Source of the DNA: a virus
Taxonomy: Duplodnaviria; Caudoviricetes
IMG/VR virus record: IMGVR_UViG_3300015610_000750
Coordinates: 39,140-103,139 of that record
Reading direction: 5' to 3' (one strand)
DNA length: 64,000 nt
Position 1 is the first letter of the stretch; every line of letters starts with the position of its first letter. Made by a program: the position numbers and the translations under genes. Shown piece by piece: positions 39,146-47,396 of this stretch. The notes below the pieces were generated by a model that did not search any database, was not told the DNA's origin, and worked only from the letters and a program-made list of their open reading frames with translations.

Positions 39146-39333
39146 TGAATATTTTATTAGAGCTTAATAATAAAATAGATGAACTAAAGAAGTCCGGATT
39201 GGAAGACTCTCAAGTTAAAATTGAGGGTCTTGCCTTTTTAAAAAATACTTTGAGAAGCGCATCATTCGATGATAGAAAGGACTTTTGGAGGTACATAGAC
39301 AGAGATAAAAAATTAAACGAAATTTTAAAATGA
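39145..39333 (+). CDS. Small protein with C-terminal RDKKLNEIL tag
   Basis: ORF track; shared motif. Confidence 0.6.
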   Translation: MNILLELNNKIDELKKSGLEDSQVKIEGLAFLKNTLRSASFDDRKDFWRYIDRDKKLNEILK

Positions 39334-39665
39334 AAAAATTCACAGGTGTTAGATTAAACAAAATTCTTGTTGATAGAAACAAACTATCTGATGAGAATGT
39401 TGCGGACATTGAAAGATTACATCGTATTAAACATTATATTTTTGAATATATGGAGAATACAGATGATTCAGAAAAATTGAAAAAATTGGCTAACTTAGTT
39501 GAGTTGGTTGAATATAAGTTGCAATCTACTTGGAAGTTTAATGTAGATAAAAACTATCATAGATGGTTTGAAATACCAAAGTGTACTTGCCCGAAGATGG
39601 ACAATGCTGAATATATTGGTACAAACTATAAAGTGTTTAATAGAAATTGTAAGATACATGCCTGA
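39330..39665 (+). CDS. Conserved phage protein with a zinc-binding C-terminus
   Basis: LQxxWxF...HRWF...CTCPKMDN...CKIH. Confidence 0.65.
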   Translation: MKKFTGVRLNKILVDRNKLSDENVADIERLHRIKHYIFEYMENTDDSEKLKKLANLVELVEYKLQSTWKFNVDKNYHRWFEIPKCTCPKMDNAEYIGTNYKVFNRNCKIHA

Positions 39666-40443
39666 ACTAACAGAAGTTAAAATAATGTCAGATTTCATAA
39701 ATAGAAATTCTGAGAATAAAACCTACTCTAAATTATATCATGTTGAAAAGGGAAATAGCCCTATCGACTCAAAGCTAATCGAAAACTTTAATGTAAGTGC
39801 CAATTCTTTTGGTAAAGAATTACAATTGAGGGTACATCATGATCTTACAGATCTTAAGTTTTCTGTATTTATGGGTATGAGTGGTAATTGGAAATTTGTA
39901 CCAACTGAGGATTGGAATAATACCAAATTTGTCAGAATGAGACTTGATACCAATGATGGATACTCATTGTTGTTACACGGTGGTTATATGGGACCTAAGT
40001 ATAAATTGGGTGGATTTTCTGGTGTAGATAGAGGTCCGGATCCAACAAAAGAATTCGATAAATTCAAATCTAATGTCATTAAAAACCTATCAACTAAGGC
40101 GTTTGATAAGCCTATTTGTGAGGCTTTACTTGACCAAAAGTACTTTAATGGTATTGGTAACTATCTTAGGAGTACAATATTATATTATGCTGATGTGAAT
40201 CCTTTTGAGAAGGCATCTACATCTATAAAGAATAATCCAAAGATATTAGATTTATGTAGAGATATCCCAATGAAGTCTTATGAGTTAAATGGTGGTCAAT
40301 TAAAAGATTGGAAGAATCCATTTGATAATGACTCTAAGGAATTTGAGGAGTGGGTTTTTTATCAAAAAGGTAAATCAGTTAAAGATAAAACTGGAAGAAC
40401 TTTTTGGTACGATGATAAGTGGGAAAGTAAGAGTCCCTATTAA
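39658..40443 (+). CDS. Fpg/Nei-family DNA glycosylase, NEIL1-like
   Basis: True start MPELTEV (catalytic P2/E3), GKEL, GMSG, H2TH LLDQKYFNGIGNYLR, zincless finger GRTFWY. Confidence 0.9.
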   Translation: MPELTEVKIMSDFINRNSENKTYSKLYHVEKGNSPIDSKLIENFNVSANSFGKELQLRVHHDLTDLKFSVFMGMSGNWKFVPTEDWNNTKFVRMRLDTNDGYSLLLHGGYMGPKYKLGGFSGVDRGPDPTKEFDKFKSNVIKNLSTKAFDKPICEALLDQKYFNGIGNYLRSTILYYADVNPFEKASTSIKNNPKILDLCRDIPMKSYELNGGQLKDWKNPFDNDSKEFEEWVFYQKGKSVKDKTGRTFWYDDKWESKSPY

Positions 40444-40473
40444 ACAAAATGTAATGCCCTTAATATAAAGGGC

Positions 40474-40998
40474 ATGTTCAGTAAGATTTTTAATATTATA
40501 CAAGGAGATAGATCAAGTGGTAAATCAGTATTACTTTGGAGTTTATCGAAGATATTAAAGTCTGAGGGATATAAGATTTGTTTTTTAGGATGTTCTGAGG
40601 AATATACAAATGATGGAACAGATGTGTTTTTGAAACACTATGACTTTGTAAGAGTGATACCTAATAATGTCTCTTACTCTAATAATCAAACATTTGAATT
40701 ACTCAAAGAGTTACTGGAGAGAGATAAGTATGATTATTTACTTATAGATGATGTAGATATATTTGACAAGTCTTATTGGAATAAGATAAAGAATATAAAT
40801 ATAAAGAAGATATTTACTTGTGGTGAGTTACCTTTAATTGGTGGTTTACCATACAACCTTATGAAGGTCACACACAGATATGATGATTCGGACTTATCTA
40901 ATAAAGTATTTATTGAATACAATAAGGATTTTTATGATTTGGAATCATTTATTTCCACTTTACATAGGGATATGAAAATAAAAAATATACTAAGATGA
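40474..40998 (+). CDS. Small P-loop ATPase-like protein with RDMKIKNIL tag
   Basis: GDRSSGKS, YDYLLIDD. Confidence 0.6.
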   Translation: MFSKIFNIIQGDRSSGKSVLLWSLSKILKSEGYKICFLGCSEEYTNDGTDVFLKHYDFVRVIPNNVSYSNNQTFELLKELLERDKYDYLLIDDVDIFDKSYWNKIKNINIKKIFTCGELPLIGGLPYNLMKVTHRYDDSDLSNKVFIEYNKDFYDLESFISTLHRDMKIKNILR

Positions 40999-42065
40999 AT
41001 AATAGTGTAGATAAACAATATTTAGAACTTCTTAGACACATATTGTCTAATGGTACTATAAAACAAGATAGAACTGGGACAGGGACTATATCAGTCTTTG
41101 ATTACACAATGAGGTTCAATATGTCTGAAGGGTTTCCAATCCTAACATCAAAAAAGATGTTTATGAAAGGAGTTATACATGAATTGATTTGGTTTCTTCG
41201 AGGTGAAACAAATATTAAATATCTCGTAGATAATGATGTTCATATCTGGGATGGAGATGCTTATAAGAACTACGAAAAAGAGTGGTTAAAAGAAAACCCA
41301 CCTATGTCAGGTCCATATGATAGTAAAATGTTATCTAAAGAGGAATTCATCAGTAAGATAAAAGATGATGGTGATTTTGCTAAAAAATGGGGCGAATTGG
41401 GTCCTGTTTATGGTAAACAATGGAGAAAGTGGAATAACTACTCACATAATAAAGTTTTTGGTAGTAGTGATTATGAGGTAACTAATAAATCAGTAGACCA
41501 AATTGCAAACCTAATAAACGATCTTAAGAATAACCCAGATTCAAGACGATTAATGGTATCAGCTTGGAATGTAGGTGAGATAGACCAAATGGTTTTACCA
41601 CCTTGTCACTATGGATTTCAATGTTATACATCAGAGATGAATCTCTATGAGAGAAAGAAGTTTTGGTGTGATTCTCTTGGTAAAAGTATTCAATATGCTG
41701 AGGATTTCAGTGATGTTGAATTAGATACACTTGGTGTTCCAAAGAGACGACTAAGTTTGAAATGGACACAGAGAAGCGTAGACACATTTTTGGGACTTCC
41801 ATTTAATATCACATCTTATGGTTTATTATTACACATTTTAGCTAAAGAGGTTAATATGGCTCCACATGAGCTTATATTCTCAGGGGGTGATGTTCATTTA
41901 TATACTAATCATATCGAACAAGTAAAGGAACAATTGAATAGAGATACATTTAAGTTACCAAAGTTGGTTCTTAAAAATAAATCTATTGATGATTTGAAAT
42001 ATGAAGATATTGAAATATTAAATTATCAATCAGATAAAGTATTAAAAGGTAAACTATCAAATTAA
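40995..42065 (+). CDS. thyA: Thymidylate synthase
   Basis: DRTGTGT, ELIWFLRG, LGPVYGKQWR, SRR, LPPCH, QRSVD.FLGLPFN, GDVHLY.NH. Confidence 0.95.
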   Translation: MNNSVDKQYLELLRHILSNGTIKQDRTGTGTISVFDYTMRFNMSEGFPILTSKKMFMKGVIHELIWFLRGETNIKYLVDNDVHIWDGDAYKNYEKEWLKENPPMSGPYDSKMLSKEEFISKIKDDGDFAKKWGELGPVYGKQWRKWNNYSHNKVFGSSDYEVTNKSVDQIANLINDLKNNPDSRRLMVSAWNVGEIDQMVLPPCHYGFQCYTSEMNLYERKKFWCDSLGKSIQYAEDFSDVELDTLGVPKRRLSLKWTQRSVDTFLGLPFNITSYGLLLHILAKEVNMAPHELIFSGGDVHLYTNHIEQVKEQLNRDTFKLPKLVLKNKSIDDLKYEDIEILNYQSDKVLKGKLSN

Positions 42066-42074
42066 TTATAAATT

Positions 42075-42275
42075 ATGTCAACAACAAAAGTACAAGCAGG
42101 AACAGTTAATGTTAAGGAGATAACAGATGCTGTTAAAACAATTGAGTTATTAACATCTCAATACAAAAAGAAAAGAATGTCAACTGAGAATTATATTAAG
42201 CATGTTCATGAGAACTTGGCTAAATTGACATCAGAAAGAAATTACTTAGAGTATCTTAAAAACATAGGTCAATAA
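42075..42275 (+). CDS. Hypothetical protein
   Basis: Operon packing. Confidence 0.5.
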   Translation: MSTTKVQAGTVNVKEITDAVKTIELLTSQYKKKRMSTENYIKHVHENLAKLTSERNYLEYLKNIGQ

Positions 42276-42520
42276 TGATTGCGTTTTTCTTAATCACATC
42301 ACTCTTACTTTTAATATCATGGGTTATATTTCTAATCGGTCTCTTTACAAAAAGAGTCGCTAGATCTAAGATGTATGGTATAATGGCTGTCACTTATGTT
42401 GCACACTCATTATCATGTCAGATGATGGGACTTCCTTATGTTTTCTTTTTAGTATTTTCCATATTTTGTATGGCTTTCCATATTTTCTATAAAAAAATAG
42501 AAAACAATGTCAACCAATGA
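42275..42520 (+). CDS. Small membrane protein
   Basis: Hydrophobic helices. Confidence 0.55.
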   Translation: MIAFFLITSLLLLISWVIFLIGLFTKRVARSKMYGIMAVTYVAHSLSCQMMGLPYVFFLVFSIFCMAFHIFYKKIENNVNQ

Positions 42521-43035
42521 CATATAATAAAAAAAGAATTAATATGAGTAATATATCATCCAACTCACTATATGAACAAATCGTTGAACAAGTAAAAAAT
42601 ATAAACACTGAAGGTCTATCTGATGATGTTTCAAATTCCCCATCAACCTCAGTTATAGAAGAACAAAAGATTTACTTTTGGACAAGATTGTATCTACGAG
42701 AAGAAAATCCAAATGTAGAGCCAGGTGATGATGTTAATATAGTTTATACACCCTCTGGTGAAGAACTAAAAACTAAATTCATATGTTACGGTAAACAGGG
42801 ATTAGAAAGAGACCACGATGGTGAAGTAACTTCATATAATGCAGAAGATGATAAGAAAATACTTTGCTTGATGATTGATTCTAAGCAAGTTAACTACTCA
42901 GAAGATATACCTTTTATTAGAACCTTATTTAAGGCTGGTTTTCACTATGATTATCAGTTAATAAAAAGAGACGATTTGATATTTACACTTGATAAATCAG
43001 GAATGATTTTAGATTACTACGATGTAGATTTTTAA
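42517..43035 (+). CDS. Hypothetical protein
   Basis: 172-aa ORF. Confidence 0.55.
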   Translation: MTYNKKRINMSNISSNSLYEQIVEQVKNINTEGLSDDVSNSPSTSVIEEQKIYFWTRLYLREENPNVEPGDDVNIVYTPSGEELKTKFICYGKQGLERDHDGEVTSYNAEDDKKILCLMIDSKQVNYSEDIPFIRTLFKAGFHYDYQLIKRDDLIFTLDKSGMILDYYDVDF

Positions 43036-44558
43036 CTACATTCGTAGCAATCGTGTCTACCTCTTCCTCTGCAATCCGAGCAATCTTCCTCACCAGATCC
43101 TTCACAATTCGAGCATTCGATTTTACCCTTACCATCACATTCTGGACAGTCGATAGTGTTTCCATCATCATCTTCTACTCTCCCTGATCCATCACATTCT
43201 CCACATTCGACTTCTCCATCTCCACCACATTCGTGACAGTCAAAGTGTCCGTCACCGTTACACTCACTACATTCTACCTCACCGCTTCCTCCACATTCAT
43301 CACAAGATCCGTTTCCACCTGAAGTATCTTCTAATTTGTAATCATATGAACCACCATCATCGTTGGTTAATTCACCGTGGTATGCGTTATAGAATTTAAG
43401 AGTATCTAAATATGGATAGTATGAGTATTCACCACTCCTATCTAATTTAACTACTACTTCCCAATCATCTGAGCTAACCTGTTCACCATTTAACATCAAT
43501 GGGGTTGATTCGTCATTTTCTTGGTGTTTCTTATATAACCATCCATTTTTATGTGCGAACTGAATAAAGATATTAACATCTGAGTCTTTATTTGTATAGA
43601 CTCTATCCATGAACTTTCTACCTCTAGTATCTGTCCAAAGTAGTGCTCTTCCTTTAAGTAAAGGCTCTGATGGGTGAAGAGGATTTGAATTTACTTCTTC
43701 TGGCTCTGTTTTAAGTATTACTAATGATACTTGATTTGGATTTTGTGTATAGATTCCAAAATACTTTGAGCATTTTGAATATCTCATACAAGATGATGCT
43801 AAGGTTCCACCATTAGATGGTAGATACTTTGCCTCATTATACCATTCTGCAATTGCTGGTCCACTTACAATTTCCATGTTTCTGAATACATCTTTTTCAA
43901 TTTGTATTCTTGATTTGTACTCATTTACAAATTCTTCTATTTCTTTGTCGGTGACTTTTATTCCAGCCTTATCTAACATTCTTCTGGCTAGTCTTCCTAT
44001 TTTTATCTCGCTTTTTGGACCATCCGCTAAATTTTCTGATTCAGATATTCCTGATTTTTTGATAATATTTTGACGCACTTCACCATCTCTGTTAACGAAG
44101 GTTATAACACATAAAGCATTATCTGGGTATAATGATTCCCAAAATGGACTTGTGTGATATTTATTTACAACATCTAATGGTATTTCGGTTATTTCAGTTA
44201 TTCTATCACCATTTGATGGGTGATCTATATCTTTAATTACTAAGCCTGATTTTTCTGGATTATCTCTAAATAACCCTGCCAATCCAGTATAAACTTCCCC
44301 AGCATTTGATACTATTTTTGCTCTTACTGCTTTATTGTCTTGTATAAAAGACACAGTATCTTCTTTATCCATAACGACATCTATGTAATTTGTTGGCACA
44401 TCGATGTCTTTTTTGAATAAGTCTAATAGATTTTTAGCTATTGGTGATTTTAGTTTTGATAATATTTCAGTGAACCTATCACTATATCTAATATTTGCTT
44501 CAAGTAAAAGCTCTAATTTACTTTCTGATATAAAATCGTAGTATCTGGAAATTTTCAT
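43032..44558 (-). CDS. CTS-bearing protein with an SCM/GRALLW/MDRVY/YPYLDT domain and DnaJ-type CxxCxGxG zinc-finger repeats
   Basis: Seven CxxCxGxG repeats plus a terminal CxxC; paralog of 49557..50837. Confidence 0.7.
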   Translation of the reverse strand: MKISRYYDFISESKLELLLEANIRYSDRFTEILSKLKSPIAKNLLDLFKKDIDVPTNYIDVVMDKEDTVSFIQDNKAVRAKIVSNAGEVYTGLAGLFRDNPEKSGLVIKDIDHPSNGDRITEITEIPLDVVNKYHTSPFWESLYPDNALCVITFVNRDGEVRQNIIKKSGISESENLADGPKSEIKIGRLARRMLDKAGIKVTDKEIEEFVNEYKSRIQIEKDVFRNMEIVSGPAIAEWYNEAKYLPSNGGTLASSCMRYSKCSKYFGIYTQNPNQVSLVILKTEPEEVNSNPLHPSEPLLKGRALLWTDTRGRKFMDRVYTNKDSDVNIFIQFAHKNGWLYKKHQENDESTPLMLNGEQVSSDDWEVVVKLDRSGEYSYYPYLDTLKFYNAYHGELTNDDGGSYDYKLEDTSGGNGSCDECGGSGEVECSECNGDGHFDCHECGGDGEVECGECDGSGRVEDDDGNTIDCPECDGKGKIECSNCEGSGEEDCSDCRGRGRHDCYECS

Positions 44559-44590
44559 TATCTATATATTTATTATTACAGTTTAAAAAC

Positions 44591-44628
44591 AAAAAAGATC
44601 CTTTTCAAATCTGAAGATTCAAAAGGAT
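44591..44628 (-). terminator. Probable minus-strand terminator
   Basis: ATCCTTTT...AAAAGGAT stem followed by a T-run on the minus strand. Confidence 0.5.
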
Positions 44629-44879
44629 GGGCAATAGCAACACAAGGTAATAACTTTGCTATGTATGTTCAACAAGCATTAGACCCAAGATCAGGAAGAA
44701 CAGGTAAACCATTGGATAGAAAATATGGTGAAATGGATCTTAATGATTTATCAAAAAGTGATTTCTTAAAGTTTGCACAAGTAGCTAAGAAATTAAACTT
44801 AGATTACAAAGCCCCAAATTTCCTCTTCATTAGTCAACTCTACGTTAGAGTATCCTTCAAATGTTTTTAAGTGTTTCAT
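44628..44879. pseudogene. Disrupted CTS-bearing gene: minus-strand stub MKHLKTFEG... abutting a plus-strand coding fragment
   Basis: 26-aa minus ORF 44799..44879 behind a late promoter; plus-strand open frame 44628-44816 with protein-like codon usage. Confidence 0.5.
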
Positions 44880-44964
44880 ACTTTTAAACTTTATATTTTA
44901 ATGTATATATTAAACTCATAAACTCATTTTTAGTATAATTAATGAAAAAAATTATTTAAATTTC

Positions 44965-46470
44965 ATGTTAGTAGAAACACAATATTTGACAAATAGTAGG
45001 CGATTAGTAGTTAGTTATGTAGATAAAACCGGCGATATAAAGCTAAAGTATTACGAATGGGAGAACCCAATGAAGTACGTTGTTTGTGATGACAACGATA
45101 AAGACAAACATCCATCATTTAGGTCTTGGGATGGTAAGTCTGTTAAACAAATTGAGGTTAATCACCCTGATAGATACGCAATCTATGAATTTTTGGATTC
45201 TTTACCAGAAAAGGAAAGAGAAGAAATATTTGAGTTCAACCTACCAAAGATATACTTTATAGATATTGAGACCGAGATTATTGATGGTTTCCCTGAGGCA
45301 AAGGATGCTCCCACAAGAGTATTGTCTATATCAATTGTTTATGATGATAAGATTATACTTTTAGGACTTAAAGATATGCCAGAAGACATGCAGGATAGAA
45401 TTATAACTAATACCAATACATATTTTGAGAAATTTAATGCTAACTATAAGTTCAAATACATAAAGTATGATGATGAATTCGATATGCTTTATGCCTTTTT
45501 CTATAAGATGGTTCCAAAAATGCCACTTATAACTGGTTGGAACTTCTTAAACTATGACTGGTTATATCTCGTGAATAGATCTAGAAAGTTATTTAAGACT
45601 ATAAATGGCAAAGAGTATAGAATCGACCCAGCAGTTTCTTCTTTAACAAAGAGAATGAATAAAATATGGTCAACTGACTATGAAGTTCCTGCACATCGAA
45701 TGATTTTTGACTACATGCAATTATATGAGGTATGTGATACTTCTATTAAAGTTAAGGAATCATCATCTTTAGACTTCGTATCAAGTAAATTAGTAGGTGT
45801 TGAAAAGATTAAATATAGTGGTTCATTACAGAAACTATACGAAGATGACTTTGAAACATTCATGTACTATAACGCGGTTGACTCCGTTCTTGTTCAAAAG
45901 ATACACGAATCACGAAATTATATTTCCATCATATATGCGATATCCGCTTTGGCTAAAATTAGAATAGTTGACGTTGTTTCTCAGATGAATAATGCTCTTG
46001 GTTCATTAGCTATTACTGAGGGTGTATTGAGAAATCGATTCCGTGAGATGGATAACATCGTATTGTTCAGAGATGATACAAAAGGAGAAGGTGAGTCTAC
46101 CATTGCTGGTGGTTGGGTTAAGGATCCAGTTGTCGGTATGAATCAGTGGTGTGTTACTTATGACTTTGCCTCACTTTATCCTACTACACAAAGACAGTTC
46201 TACATAGCACCTGAGACATTTGTTGGTGTTAGAGATGAGAATAACCCAGAGTATTGTGATAATGGTAGAAAGATAGACCTTGATAAACACGTTATTTGTG
46301 TAAACGGTGTTGTTTTTGAGAAGAGATTATCTCCTACACTTAGAATGCTTGAGGATGTTTACGCTGACCGTAAGAAGAACAAGAATATTATGATGGATAA
46401 AAAGGATGAGTTGAAGAAAGTAAATGATGAGATAAAGGCATTAGAAGCCGAGTTGTCAGGATCTATTTAA
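44965..46470 (+). CDS. Family B DNA polymerase, N-terminal half (3'-5' exonuclease plus motif A)
   Basis: FIDIETE, ITGWN...YDW, FDYM, SLDFV, YNAVD, GGWVKDP, YDFASLYP; lacks KxxxNSxYG and YGDTDS. Confidence 0.88.
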   Translation: MLVETQYLTNSRRLVVSYVDKTGDIKLKYYEWENPMKYVVCDDNDKDKHPSFRSWDGKSVKQIEVNHPDRYAIYEFLDSLPEKEREEIFEFNLPKIYFIDIETEIIDGFPEAKDAPTRVLSISIVYDDKIILLGLKDMPEDMQDRIITNTNTYFEKFNANYKFKYIKYDDEFDMLYAFFYKMVPKMPLITGWNFLNYDWLYLVNRSRKLFKTINGKEYRIDPAVSSLTKRMNKIWSTDYEVPAHRMIFDYMQLYEVCDTSIKVKESSSLDFVSSKLVGVEKIKYSGSLQKLYEDDFETFMYYNAVDSVLVQKIHESRNYISIIYAISALAKIRIVDVVSQMNNALGSLAITEGVLRNRFREMDNIVLFRDDTKGEGESTIAGGWVKDPVVGMNQWCVTYDFASLYPTTQRQFYIAPETFVGVRDENNPEYCDNGRKIDLDKHVICVNGVVFEKRLSPTLRMLEDVYADRKKNKNIMMDKKDELKKVNDEIKALEAELSGSI

Positions 46471-47119
46471 CTCTTGTTGTATTAAAGTTGATGTTTGGTA
46501 ATTCACTTTTAACCATTCTTTCAACTTTATTTACAATTTTTGAATTGTCATCGTAGAAATGAGCTGATTCAAATCCTGTATTTTTTAAAATTTCAATAAT
46601 TTTATTCCCTTTCCAAACTCCGGAATTGCCAGAACCTTTTCCAGCAGGGAACATATGTAGTCCATATTTTGGTTGTTCTAATCCAAAACTTTCCATTACG
46701 CTGATTATCTTAGACCTCATATCTTCTGGTCTTGCTGTAACTATACACTTATTTTCAACTTTTGAGTATAATTCACTTAGACTTTTTAAGTCATAAGGTA
46801 GTGAAATATCTGTGAATGGAAATCTACTTGGTGTTAAAAGGTAAACCCTTGGACCTTTTCTTATCCAATTTCCATCTATTTTTATTTTATGATTTGGATC
46901 TTTTACGAAAATTCTTCCATTCTCCCACTTCAAATCTGATAATTTCACTTTAACTTTTGATAGAGATGACTTTAACATTGATTCTATTTCAGATGACTCT
47001 TTTAAATAGTCTACTACTAACTCCTCAAAAGAAGGAGTTTTAACAATAGTTTCATCAAAATCAAAGATGTATAAAGTCTCAGATGTTTGAAAGTTTTCAA
47101 ATTTTTTAATAATCGTCAT
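46463..47119 (-). CDS. HAD phosphatase (Swiss-army-knife RNA-repair-like) with CTS-like start
   Basis: IFDFDETI, IVTAR, K, FYDD. Confidence 0.75.
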   Translation of the reverse strand: MTIIKKFENFQTSETLYIFDFDETIVKTPSFEELVVDYLKESSEIESMLKSSLSKVKVKLSDLKWENGRIFVKDPNHKIKIDGNWIRKGPRVYLLTPSRFPFTDISLPYDLKSLSELYSKVENKCIVTARPEDMRSKIISVMESFGLEQPKYGLHMFPAGKGSGNSGVWKGNKIIEILKNTGFESAHFYDDNSKIVNKVERMVKSELPNINFNTTRVK

Positions 47120-47294
47120 TAGTGAATAAATCGTTTATAATATATTTGTATCCTTCGCCATATTTTTCGATACACATATTATATATTTCTTCTTCATTCT
47201 CAATTCCTTCTTGGAATATTGTTTGGATGTATTCTTTTATCTCATCTCTGTCGGAGTAAATTCCGAACTCATCGTAGTCTAGTATTATATTCAT
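47106..47294 (-). CDS. Small acidic protein
   Basis: Late promoter on the minus strand at ~47308. Confidence 0.5.
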   Translation of the reverse strand: MNIILDYDEFGIYSDRDEIKEYIQTIFQEGIENEEEIYNMCIEKYGEGYKYIINDLFTNDDY

Positions 47295-47396
47295 AGGGTT
47301 TTATTTTTATATATTATAAAAAACCACTAAAAAATCGTTTTTAGAAACAAAAATTACTTATTGTAATATAATTTTTACAAATTTAATTAAATATAG

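Noticed and set aside
44661-44870. 69-aa plus-strand gene as annotated by the ORF track
   Set aside because: The frame is open upstream of the ATG and its last part is the antisense of another gene start; it is better explained as a rearranged fragment.
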